Source: an uncultured Acidimicrobiaceae bacterium (lineage in GTDB: Bacteria; Actinomycetota; Acidimicrobiia; Acidimicrobiales; RAAP-2). Taken from it: DNA of 64,000 nucleotides. The notes below the pieces were generated by a model. It was not told the DNA's origin, did no database searches, and was given only the letters and a program-made list of their open reading frames with translations. Made by a program: the position numbers and the translations under genes. Below are positions 56,119 through 64,000 of the stretch, piece after piece (within the stretch, counting starts at the first letter, position 1; each line of letters begins with the position of its first letter). Where the stretch lies: the NCBI GenBank assembly GCA_963730785.1, contig CAVSTF010000016.1, positions 165,573 through 229,572 on the forward strand, written 5' to 3'.

Positions 56119-56790
56119 GTGCGCATCCTGGTGGTTGACGACGATTTGGCGGTACGCCGATCCATTGACCGAGCCCTGCGTCTGGAGGGCTACGAGGTCA
56201 CCACTGTCGGTTCCGGCGGCGAGGCCCTCGAGTCACTGGCTCAGTCCCCGCCCGATGCGATCGTGCTCGACCTTCAGCTGCCCGACCTCGATGGCCTGGC
56301 CGTCTGCCGCCGCATGCGGAGCGCCGGGGACGACACACCGGTGCTCATGCTCACGGCCCGCCAAGCCGTCGACGACCGGGTCCAAGGGCTCGATGCCGGA
56401 GCCGACGACTACCTGGTCAAGCCCTTTGCCTTGGCCGAGCTGCTCGCTCGGCTCCGCGCCCTGCTCCGTCGCCGCTTCGAAGGCGAGGGTGGCCTGCTGC
56501 GCTTCGGCGACCTGACGTTGGACCTGTCCTCGCGCCAAGCCCATCGGGGCGAGCGGGCCTTCACGTTGACCCGGATTGAGTTCGATCTGCTCGAGATCTT
56601 CCTGCGCCATCCCCGCCAGGTGTTGACCCGCGAGGTGCTCCTCAACCGGGTCTGGCGCTTCGACTTCGACTCGGGCACCAACTCGCTGGCCGTCTACGTG
56701 GGCTACCTCCGCCGCAAGACCGAGGAGGGCGGCGAGCCCCGCTGCATTCACACCGTCCGTGGCGTGGGGTACGTACTCAGGGACGTATGA
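56119..56790 (+). CDS. OmpR-family two-component response regulator
   Basis: GTG start. Receiver domain (VVDDD...D...K) and winged-helix output (...[26 protein letters not shown]...VRGVGYVL). Confidence 0.9.
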   Translation: MRILVVDDDLAVRRSIDRALRLEGYEVTTVGSGGEALESLAQSPPDAIVLDLQLPDLDGLAVCRRMRSAGDDTPVLMLTARQAVDDRVQGLDAGADDYLVKPFALAELLARLRALLRRRFEGEGGLLRFGDLTLDLSSRQAHRGERAFTLTRIEFDLLEIFLRHPRQVLTREVLLNRVWRFDFDSGTNSLAVYVGYLRRKTEEGGEPRCIHTVRGVGYVLRDV

Positions 56791-58148
56791 CCTTCCGCAC
56801 CCGGTTGGTCCTGGCCTCCACGGTGGCCGTGCATGGTCGCCGTGCTGGCCGCCTCCAGCGCCTCCTACCTGGCCGCTCGCAACACCCTGCTCAACGCGGC
56901 CGACACCTCGCTCCAGACCGCCGCCAACAAGGTGGACGCCGGCCAGAGCATTGAACACCACCAACGCCGCCCTGGAGCAGATCGTCGACTCGGCCGGCTC
57001 CTTGGTGGTGGCCGACGACCTCCCGGTGACGGCCCAGGTCCGTCGGGTGGCCGCCGGGCAGGCCCCGGCCTTCTTCACCACGGTCACCGTCGACGGCAAC
57101 CAACTGCGCGAGCTGGTCCAGCCCCTGTCGGTCGGCGCCGCCATTGCCGGACAGCCGTTGATCGGCGGCGGGGCCCTGCAGATCGCCACCCTGCTCAATG
57201 CCGGCCCGCTTGTTGCGAAAGTTGGGGCTGGTCCTCACCGGGGTCGCCCTCATCGGCGTGCTGCTGGCCGTCCTCCTCGGCTTCCTGGTTGCCCGCACCG
57301 CCCTGGTCCCCCTCTATTCGTTGACCGCCACGGTGGAGGAACTGGCCGAGAACACCGACGGCAGCCACCGGCTGTGGGCGGGCGGACCCGACGAGCTCGG
57401 CCGTTTGCGACGCACCTTCAATCGGCTGCTCGAAGCCCTGGAGTCCTCGCGCCGCGCCCAGAGCCAGCTGGTGCTCGATGCCTCGCATGAGCTCCGCACC
57501 CCCCTCACCAGCCTGCGCACCAACCTGGAGGTGATCCGCCGGGTCGACGAGCTGTCCCTGGCCGATCGCTCCGTGCTGGTCGACGACGTCCTGGTCCAGC
57601 TCCAGGAACTCACCGACCTGGTGGGCGACTTGGCCGAGTTGGCCCGGGGCGATCAACTGCCGGACCTGAGCGACACCATCCGGCTGGACCGGCTGGTCGC
57701 CGATGCCGTGGGGCTGGCCGTTACCCATGGCCGCACCCACGACGTGGCCTTCGAGTTCCATGCCGAGGAATCGCTGGGTCGATGCCAACCCGATCGGCTG
57801 GCCCGGGCCGTCGGCAACCTGTTGGATAATGCCCGCAAGTACAGCTCACGGGGCCAGATCGTCTCGGTGTGGTGCCGGGCCGGTGAGGTCATCGTGCAGG
57901 ACCACGGACAGGGCATCGCCCCCGAGGACCTGCCTCACATTTTCGACCGCTTCTACCGCTCCGCCACCGCCCGGTCCCAACCGGGTTCAGGCCTGGGCCT
58001 GGCCATCGTGGCCCAGGTCGCCAAGGCCGAAGGGGGCACCATCGTGGCCGAAGCGGTGCCGGACGGCGGCACTCGAATGACGCTCCGGCTCCCCTTGGTG
58101 GCACCACCGAGCCACGACCCCACCCTCGACGCCGGACCGACCGTCTAG
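56787..58148 (+). pseudogene. sensor histidine kinase (HAMP-HisKA-HATPase) with at least three frameshifts in the N-terminal sensor/TM region
   Basis: ATGA overlap with the regulator gene. N-terminal pieces [15 protein letters not shown] / MVAVLAASSASYLAARNTLLN... / ...ALEQIVDSAGSLVV...GALQIATLLNAG lie in different frames. 57198-58148 is intact (H-box LDASHELRTPL, N/G boxes LLDNARKY, GSGLGLAIV). Confidence 0.8.
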
Positions 58149-58175
58149 CTACCCGACTCAGCCACTCGGTTTCAC

Positions 58176-58613
58176 CTATTCAGCGTCAATGAGCTCAATG
58201 CGGTTGCCGAAGGGGTCGTCGACGTAGCAACTGGCCCCGGCCGGCTGATCGGGATTCGGCCGGACCTCCACCCCCTGGGCGACCAGGGCGTCGGCCAGTG
58301 CGGCCAGGTCCCGCACCAGGAGCGCCGGGTGCGCCTTCTGGGCCGCTCGAAAGTCGGCTTCGACGCCCAGATGGACCACGGCCGCACCTGAGGTGAACCA
58401 GCAGCCACCCCGTTGCGCCATGGGTTCGGGCTTGGGCACTCGAGTGAAGCCGAGCAGGCCGGCGTAGAAGGCTTCGGCCTCGGATTCCCTTCCGGGAGGC
58501 ATGGCCAGCTGCACGTGATCGAGCCCGATCACTTCAAATCCCATGCCTGGCGCCCCTTCCATCCTCAGCCCCCGGCCTGGCACTCGGCCCCTGAGACCGC
58601 TAGCCTGCCGCAC
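58176..58613 (-). CDS. VOC (glyoxalase-like) family protein
   Basis: 145 aa, FEVIGLDHVQLAMPPGRESEAEAFYAGLLGF... Confidence 0.75.
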   Translation of the reverse strand: MRQASGLRGRVPGRGLRMEGAPGMGFEVIGLDHVQLAMPPGRESEAEAFYAGLLGFTRVPKPEPMAQRGGCWFTSGAAVVHLGVEADFRAAQKAHPALLVRDLAALADALVAQGVEVRPNPDQPAGASCYVDDPFGNRIELIDAE

Positions 58614-58616
58614 GAC

Positions 58617-58715
58617 ATGGGATCACTGATCAAGAAGCGCCGCAAGCGCATGCGCAAAAAGAAGCACAAGAAGATGTTGAAGGCCACCCGCTGGCAGCGG
58701 CGGGCCGGCAAGTAA
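58617..58715 (+). CDS. 30S ribosomal protein bS22 (32 aa, highly basic)
   Basis: MGSLIKKRRKRMRKKKHKKMLKATRWQRRAGK matches the actinobacterial bS22 small-protein pattern (MGSVIKKRRKRM.KKKHRKLL...). Embedded in a longer spurious track ORF (58413-58715). Confidence 0.7.
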   Translation: MGSLIKKRRKRMRKKKHKKMLKATRWQRRAGK

Positions 58716-58725
58716 CTCTGCCGCG

Positions 58726-59506
58726 TTAGATCTGGCCGTCCCACCCGGTGGGCACGGTGATCACGCTGATCAGCTGACCTTCCGCTTTGCCGACGGTGAT
58801 GGTGCGCGCCCCGATGTCGGGCGCACCGCAGATCCCGCTCCACAAACCAGGTGGAGCCACTCCCGGCCAACACCGGCACCCCTCCGCTGTGCGTGGCCAA
58901 TGCGTCGCGCCACGCCGCCAGCCTCGGCTCGACCACCAACGCTGCTGCCGCCAGTTCATTCGGACCCAGGTGCTGCTCGGTCGGACTCAAGGTGTCCCAG
59001 GCGGCGTAGACCTGCTGGGTGTTCACGCCGAATGGTGGGACCAGCAACCAGAAGCCCCGCCGCTCATAGGGCAGTGGCGTCACCCGTTCGCCCACTCCCT
59101 CGACCAGGGCGCGGCCCCCGCCCACGCAGAAGGGCACGTCGGAACCGAGGCTGAGGGCCAGGTCCAGGTCGTCGCTCCCGGCCCAGCGCAGTACCGCCGC
59201 CGCATCGGTGGAGCCACCACCGAGGCCGCCGCCGAGCGGGATCCGCTTGGTCACCCGCACCCGGGCCTTGCGGCTGACGGCCCGCAATGCCTGGGCGATG
59301 AGGTTGTCGTCCTCCGGCGGCAGGGCCTCGGCACGTGTGCCCGCCTCGGCGATCACCATCAAGCCCTCGCTGCCGTCGGTGAAGGTGAGCTCATCGCTCA
59401 AACTCAACGCCACCATTTCGGATCGGAGCTCATGGAACCCGTCTGCCCGCACGCCCGTTACTTCCAGGGTCAGGGTCAACTTGGCCGGCGCCACCACGGT
59501 GTTCAT
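58726..59506 (-). pseudogene. ispE: 4-diphosphocytidyl-2-C-methyl-D-erythritol kinase with 3'-terminal frameshift (~58830-58870)
   Basis: GHMP-kinase motifs PLGGGLGGGSTDAAA and GSGSTWFV are in the track frame. The following ~100 codons are R/H-rich junk. The +1 frame gives a plausible C-terminus ...APDIGARTITVGKAEGQLISVITV...* ending at 58726. Confidence 0.8.
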
Positions 59507-61116
59507 TGGGCCAACCGTCCGAAATCTTCCACCGTGAGTTCTTCCGCCCGCGCTTCCGGGCGAATGCCGGCGCGCTCGAAGGCTTCGGGCTCCACCACGC
59601 CGGCCAAGGAACGCCGCAGCATTTTGCGGCGCTGGCCGAACCCGGCTTTGACCACGGTGGCCAACCGCTCGTAACTCACCAGCGCGGGGTCGACCGCCGG
59701 CTCGGGCCGTCGCACCATGCGGACCAGCACCGACTCCACATTGGGTCGGGGAATGAACACCGAGGCCGGCACGCGTCCGGCCAGGCTGGCCTCAGCGAAG
59801 TAGGCCACCCGCACCGAGACCGATCCGTAGGCGCCATTGCCCACCGTGGCCGCCATCCGCTCCCCCACTTCGCGCTGGACCATGAACAACAGGCGGTCCA
59901 CCGCCGGCACCTCCACCAGGGTGCGCATGACCAACGGCGTGGCCACGTTGTAGGGCAGGTTGGCCACCATCGACCACGAACCGCCCCCACGCGCCTTCAG
60001 CAGTTCGGTCAGGTCCAGGGTCATGGCATCGCCCTCAATGACCTCGACCCCCTCGGGCTCGGCCACCGTGCGCAGCACCGGCAGGATGTAGCGGTCCAGC
60101 TCGACCGCCACCACCCGGGCGCCCGTCTCGGCCAGGGCCAGCGTGAGTGAGCCCAAACCGGCCCCGAACTCGAGCACCTGTGACCCGGGACCGACCTCGG
60201 CCAGTCGAGCGATGCGCCGCACCGTATTGGGGTCGGCCACGAAGTTCTGCCCCAGCGCCCGACTGGGCTTCAGGCCATGCATGAGGAGCAGCTCGGCGAT
60301 GTCAGCCCCCGAATGCGTCACCGAATTGGCCACGGCAAAGGCGGCACTCGCCGCGGCAGCCGAACTCGTGCGCAGTTCGTCCACCGTGCACTGCTTCACT
60401 TCGGCCACCGTGGCCCCGACGAACGGCAACAATGCCGGCTCGTTCGGTCGGCCGCGGTGCGGCACCGGCGCCAAGAATGGACTGTCCGTCTCAATCAGCA
60501 GGCGATCCAACGGGCACAGCGCGGCGGCGGCCCGGACATCGCCGGCGTTCTTGAAGGTGATGATGCCGCTGAACGACACGAACATCCCGACTGCCAAGCA
60601 CCGCTCAACCTCAGCCGGTCCACCGGTGAAACAGTGCAAGACGGTCCGCGTCGGCACGCCTTCAGTGGCCAACACGCTGAATAGGTCGTCCCAGGCATCC
60701 CGGGCGTGGATGACCAGAGCCAGGTCATGTTGGTGGGCCAGGGCGATTTGCTCGGCGAACACGGTGCGCTGCGCCTCACGCGGTGAGTGCTCGTAGAAGT
60801 AGTCGAGCCCGCATTCGCCGACCGCCACCACGGCGCCGTCGTCGCCAGCCAACGATTCGTCCAGCACTCGCACCACCCGCTCGGTGCCCTCACTGGCTTC
60901 GTGCGGATGCAGCCCGATGGCGGCCCAGGCCAATGGTCCGGCTGGCCGCTGACGCGAGGCGCGTGCGACCTCTACCGCTTGGCGTGACGTGGTCTCCCCG
61001 GTACCGATGCACACGACCCGGTCGATGCCCGCCTCGGCGGCACGGTCCAGTGCGGCTCCGCCGTCTTCGGTGTACTCCTCCTGCACGTGGCAGTGGGAGT
61101 CGAACCAGCCGTTCAC
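59503..61116 (-). CDS. single ORF fusing TatD-family metal-dependent hydrolase (N-terminus) and 16S rRNA dimethyladenosine transferase RsmA/KsgA (C-terminus)
   Basis: TatD part: MNGWFDSHCHVQ...ECGLDYFY...HARDAWDD...IETDSPFLAP. KsgA part: LGQNFVADPN...VLEFGAGLGSLT...ANLPYNVATP. A possible internal KsgA start is MHGLKPSRALGQNF. No stop codon separates the two halves. Confidence 0.8.
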   Translation of the reverse strand: MNGWFDSHCHVQEEYTEDGGAALDRAAEAGIDRVVCIGTGETTSRQAVEVARASRQRPAGPLAWAAIGLHPHEASEGTERVVRVLDESLAGDDGAVVAVGECGLDYFYEHSPREAQRTVFAEQIALAHQHDLALVIHARDAWDDLFSVLATEGVPTRTVLHCFTGGPAEVERCLAVGMFVSFSGIITFKNAGDVRAAAALCPLDRLLIETDSPFLAPVPHRGRPNEPALLPFVGATVAEVKQCTVDELRTSSAAAASAAFAVANSVTHSGADIAELLLMHGLKPSRALGQNFVADPNTVRRIARLAEVGPGSQVLEFGAGLGSLTLALAETGARVVAVELDRYILPVLRTVAEPEGVEVIEGDAMTLDLTELLKARGGGSWSMVANLPYNVATPLVMRTLVEVPAVDRLLFMVQREVGERMAATVGNGAYGSVSVRVAYFAEASLAGRVPASVFIPRPNVESVLVRMVRRPEPAVDPALVSYERLATVVKAGFGQRRKMLRRSLAGVVEPEAFERAGIRPEARAEELTVEDFGRLAQ

Positions 61117-62666
61117 GCCTTCCGGCGGGGGAAGAGAGGGTCTCCCTTCACCACCGGCTGACCACCGGCATAGCCACCCCAGGCCGCATCATCGGGCACG
61201 TGAGCCGCGGTGGGATCACCCTCGACGCCAATGCGACGCCAGATTTCGGCCGCCGTGTCCGGCATGGCCGGTGAAATCAGGATGGCCACAATCCGCAACA
61301 CCTCGAGCGCACTGCCCAGCACCGACTGAACGGCCGATCCCGGTTCCATCTTCCAGGGTTCGGTCGTTTCCAACTCGGCGTTGGCGGCGCCTATCAAACG
61401 CCAGGTGGCCTCGAGGGCTTCGTGCGGGGCCCAGCGAGACCAGGCGTCGGACGCGTCCGCCAAGGTGGTGGCGGCGCTGGCCGCCATGGGGCTGGCGGGG
61501 TCCGGTGCCGGGCCGATGCCGTCACATTTGGAGTGCACGACCGTGGTCACCCGGGACAGCAGGTTGCCCAGGTTGTTGGCCAAGTCGGAGTTGTAGCGGC
61601 TCACGATGCCTTCGAAGGAGAAGTCACCGTCGCCCCCGAGCGGCACTTCACGCAGCAGGTGGTAGCGCAGCGGGTCCACGCCGAACTCGTCGGCCAGGGA
61701 CAACGGCGACACCTCGGTGATCTTGAGTTCGCGGGTTTCCGCTCCCTCACCGACCACACCCGACTGAATCATCGTCTTGCCCAGCTTCTGGCCGCCCATC
61801 AAGAGGTAGCCGTGGACGAAGATCTCCTCCGGCGGATCGATGCCCGCCGCCATGCACATGGCCGGCCACCACACGCAGTGGAATTTGAGGATGTCCTTGC
61901 CAATGAGATGGTGGGCTGCCCCCCACATGGAAGCGAAACGATCCGAATCGGTGCCATACGAGGCCACGGTCAAGTAGTTGATGAGTGCGTCGTACCAGAC
62001 GTAGAAGACGTGACCGCTGTCCCACGGCACCGGGACGCCCCAGCTGAACGAGGTGCGGGTGATGGATACGTCCTTCAACCCACCCCGAATGAAGCCCAAG
62101 GCCTCATTGCGCTTGGAGGTCGGCCGCACGAAGTTGGGATGCTGGTCGTAGTAGTCCAGCAACCGCTGCTCAAACTCACTGAGCTTGAAGAAGTAATTGT
62201 CCTCGGCCATCTCAATGACTGGGCGCCCGTGGACCGGGCATTTGCCATCAATGAGTTGATCGGCCGTGTAGTAGTCCTCACATGACACGCAGTACAGGCC
62301 GGTGTACGCGTCCAACTTGATGAACCCGTTGTCGTAAATCTTCTGCAGGAATTGCTGCACCACGGCATGGTGGCGGGGCTCGGTGGTGCGGATGAAGTCG
62401 TCGTTGCTGATGTTGAGCCGCTTCCAGGCCTCCTGGAATCGAGATGATGTCTGGTCGGTCCAATCCTGGGGCGTGGTCCCGTGGGCCTCGGCCGCTTCGA
62501 CAATTTTGGCGCCGTGTTCGTCGGTGCCGGTCATGAACAGCACGTCGTCACCCAGCAACCGGTGCCAGCGGGCCAGGGCGTCGGCGTTCACGGTCGTGTA
62601 CGCCGTGCCCACGTGTGGCGCGTCGTTGACGTAGTAAATCGGAGTGGTCAGGTAGTAGGGCGGCAC
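61113..62666 (-). CDS. metG: methionyl-tRNA synthetase
   Basis: Class I HIGH-region variant YVNDAPHVGTAYTTV, a KMSKS-like loop, and a C-terminal anticodon-binding helical domain. Confidence 0.95.
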   Translation of the reverse strand: MPPYYLTTPIYYVNDAPHVGTAYTTVNADALARWHRLLGDDVLFMTGTDEHGAKIVEAAEAHGTTPQDWTDQTSSRFQEAWKRLNISNDDFIRTTEPRHHAVVQQFLQKIYDNGFIKLDAYTGLYCVSCEDYYTADQLIDGKCPVHGRPVIEMAEDNYFFKLSEFEQRLLDYYDQHPNFVRPTSKRNEALGFIRGGLKDVSITRTSFSWGVPVPWDSGHVFYVWYDALINYLTVASYGTDSDRFASMWGAAHHLIGKDILKFHCVWWPAMCMAAGIDPPEEIFVHGYLLMGGQKLGKTMIQSGVVGEGAETRELKITEVSPLSLADEFGVDPLRYHLLREVPLGGDGDFSFEGIVSRYNSDLANNLGNLLSRVTTVVHSKCDGIGPAPDPASPMAASAATTLADASDAWSRWAPHEALEATWRLIGAANAELETTEPWKMEPGSAVQSVLGSALEVLRIVAILISPAMPDTAAEIWRRIGVEGDPTAAHVPDDAAWGGYAGGQPVVKGDPLFPRRKA

Positions 62667-62727
62667 CGGCGTCAGCGTACTGGCCTCGTCAGCCTCATTT
62701 GCCCTGCTGGGAACGGTTGAGATCCCC

Positions 62728-63609
62728 TCAGGGTTCGCTGCGGATGCGCAGGACGGATTCGTAGACCCGCCGCCGGGCTACGCCGAGCGAATCCGACAAG
62801 GCCTCGGCGATCTGACGTGGTCCATCAGCCGAGCCGCTGGCCAACCATTGCCGCACCGCCGTCTCCACCGCCTCGTCAGAGACCGGTCCCGCCGGTTCGG
62901 CGCCGGCCACCACCAGCACAACCTCGCCGCGCACCTCGCGGGCCGCCCACTCGGTGGCCGCCACATCAGCCCGGCCCCGCCACACCTCTTCGTGCACCTT
63001 GGTCAGTTCGCGCGCCACCGCCACTCGTCGGGCCGGATCGAACTCGGCCAAGTCGGCCAGCGTGGCCGCCACCCGGCCTGGGGCTTCCAAGAACACCGTC
63101 GTCCGCTCATCGGCCATGACGGCCTGCAATCGCTCCCGGCGCTCGCCGCCCTTGCGAGGCAAAAAGCCCTCGACGCAGAATCGATCGGTCGCCAAGCCAC
63201 TCACCACCAGGGCGGCGATGACCGAGGTGGCTCCCGGCACGACGCTGACCGGGTAGCCAGCCCCAATGACGGCCTCGACCAACAGCGAGCCCGGATCCGA
63301 GATCCCGGGCATGCCGGCATCGGTGACCACGGCCACGGTGCCCCCGCCGGCCAAGCAACCAATCACCGAGGCGGCCCGTCCAGCTTCGTTGTGTTCATGG
63401 ACCGACAGCAGCCGGTCACCCGTCGCCCCCTTGGCCGATATGCCAAAGGCCGACAGCAGTCCTCGGGTGCGCCGGGTGTCCTCGCAGCAGATGAGATCGG
63501 CCGTGGTCAGGACCTCGCGAGCCCGATCGGACAGGTCGCCCAAATTGCCGATCGGCGTGCCGACCAGGACCAGTTTTCCCGGGGTCGCCTCAGAGCCTTC
63601 GCTGATCAC
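62728..63609 (-). CDS. rsmI: 16S rRNA (cytidine1402-2'-O)-methyltransferase
   Basis: Tetrapyrrole-methylase fold: LVLVGTPIGNLGDLSDRAREVLTTADLICCEDTRRT. The track ORF extends to 63909, but a GTG at 63609 with a GAGG RBS gives the normal ~290 aa length. Confidence 0.85.
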   Translation of the reverse strand: MISEGSEATPGKLVLVGTPIGNLGDLSDRAREVLTTADLICCEDTRRTRGLLSAFGISAKGATGDRLLSVHEHNEAGRAASVIGCLAGGGTVAVVTDAGMPGISDPGSLLVEAVIGAGYPVSVVPGATSVIAALVVSGLATDRFCVEGFLPRKGGERRERLQAVMADERTTVFLEAPGRVAATLADLAEFDPARRVAVARELTKVHEEVWRGRADVAATEWAAREVRGEVVLVVAGAEPAGPVSDEAVETAVRQWLASGSADGPRQIAEALSDSLGVARRRVYESVLRIRSEP

Positions 63610-63947
63610 TGCACCTCGCGGATCTCGAACTGATCTCCCACTCGCACAGACAAGCGTTCCCAGAGCCCGGCCTCGGCCTGCACCACGCTGCGGACGCCCC
63701 GGCGGGGCAGGGCCAAGCGCCACGGTGGCATCCGGGTCAGAAACAGCACCACCAGATCGGCATTGAGAAACGCGACGTCGACGGGGGCCTGGGCGCCAAG
63801 GGTGTGGATCCACCGGGCGCCGCAGAGCTGCAAGCCGCCGGCTGGACCGCTTGGACCTGAACGACCCTGCCAGCGCTCGGAAATGGAGTCGGTCATCTGC
63901 AACGCGCACACCACGTCCCCGTCACGTAGCAGCCAACCGGACCGCAT
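63606..63947 (-). CDS. DUF192 domain protein
   Basis: 113 aa ending ...LPRRGVRSVVQAEAGLWERLSVRVGDQFEI. GTGA overlap with the rsmI start. Confidence 0.55.
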   Translation of the reverse strand: MRSGWLLRDGDVVCALQMTDSISERWQGRSGPSGPAGGLQLCGARWIHTLGAQAPVDVAFLNADLVVLFLTRMPPWRLALPRRGVRSVVQAEAGLWERLSVRVGDQFEIREVQ

Positions 63948-64000
63948 AGGGGCTTGAGGCTAATGGGTCCAGGCGGTCTCGCCGAACGGGAGACCCTCCC

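Noticed and set aside
52700-58900. Frameshift cluster interpreted as programmed frameshifting or phase variation
   Set aside because: Shifts occur in both directions, in essential housekeeping genes, several per gene, with no slippery heptamers. The one mapped precisely is a homopolymer indel. Sequencing or assembly error is far more parsimonious.

Overview
High-GC actinobacterial chromosomal window (about 65-75% GC in core regions). It has three parts.

(i) 1-13 kb is a cell-envelope/glycoconjugate locus: a RipA-like NlpC/P60 endopeptidase, a DPM-synthase-like GT2, a PlsC acyltransferase, an epimerase, an AGXT aminotransferase, and a tandem-GT2 plus GT-B pair. Then come tRNA-methylase, HAD and APH-like genes.

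(ii) A ~1.94 kb group II intron (14194-16133, minus strand) has a recognisable domain V and a YADD RT/maturase. It is followed by a ~18 kb lower-GC accessory stretch (17-35.5 kb). That stretch holds stress/detox-type genes, an ECF sigma/anti-sigma pair, and a long co-directional array with a secreted cyclophilin, an NfeD/flotillin module, small TM proteins, an ankyrin-repeat protein, two NTF2-like proteins and a DJ-1/PfpI protein.

(iii) 35.5-64 kb is a conserved actinobacterial core region (order as in Mycobacterium Rv1002-Rv1026). Descending on the minus strand it runs DUF192-rsmI-metG-tatD/ksgA-ispE ... glmU-prs ... rplY-pth-mfd ... mazG-eno-ftsB-like-DUF501-ppx. Inserted plus-strand genes are two GT-C-like membrane proteins, an OmpR-type two-component pair, an alpha/beta hydrolase and the tiny bS22 gene. 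A second large tandem-GT2 paralog lies at 35580-37649.

A 6 kb segment (52.7-58.9 kb) carries about 15 frameshifts in prs, glmU, a hydrolase, a sensor kinase and ispE, plus one in ppx at 38.1 kb. At least one sits in a homopolymer, so these are most likely sequence-quality artefacts. Two tRNA-type elements are present: a clean tRNA-Gln(UUG) and an anomalous tRNA-like element near the window start. No CRISPR array, integrase or transposase was seen. No single obviously novel defence-like system could be demonstrated. The most unusual candidates are the intron with its terminator-adjacent insertion, the accessory array with flotillin/ankyrin/NTF2 genes, the paralogous double-GT2 enzymes and the anomalous tRNA-like element. 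Coordinates I derived by hand may be off by 1-2 nt.
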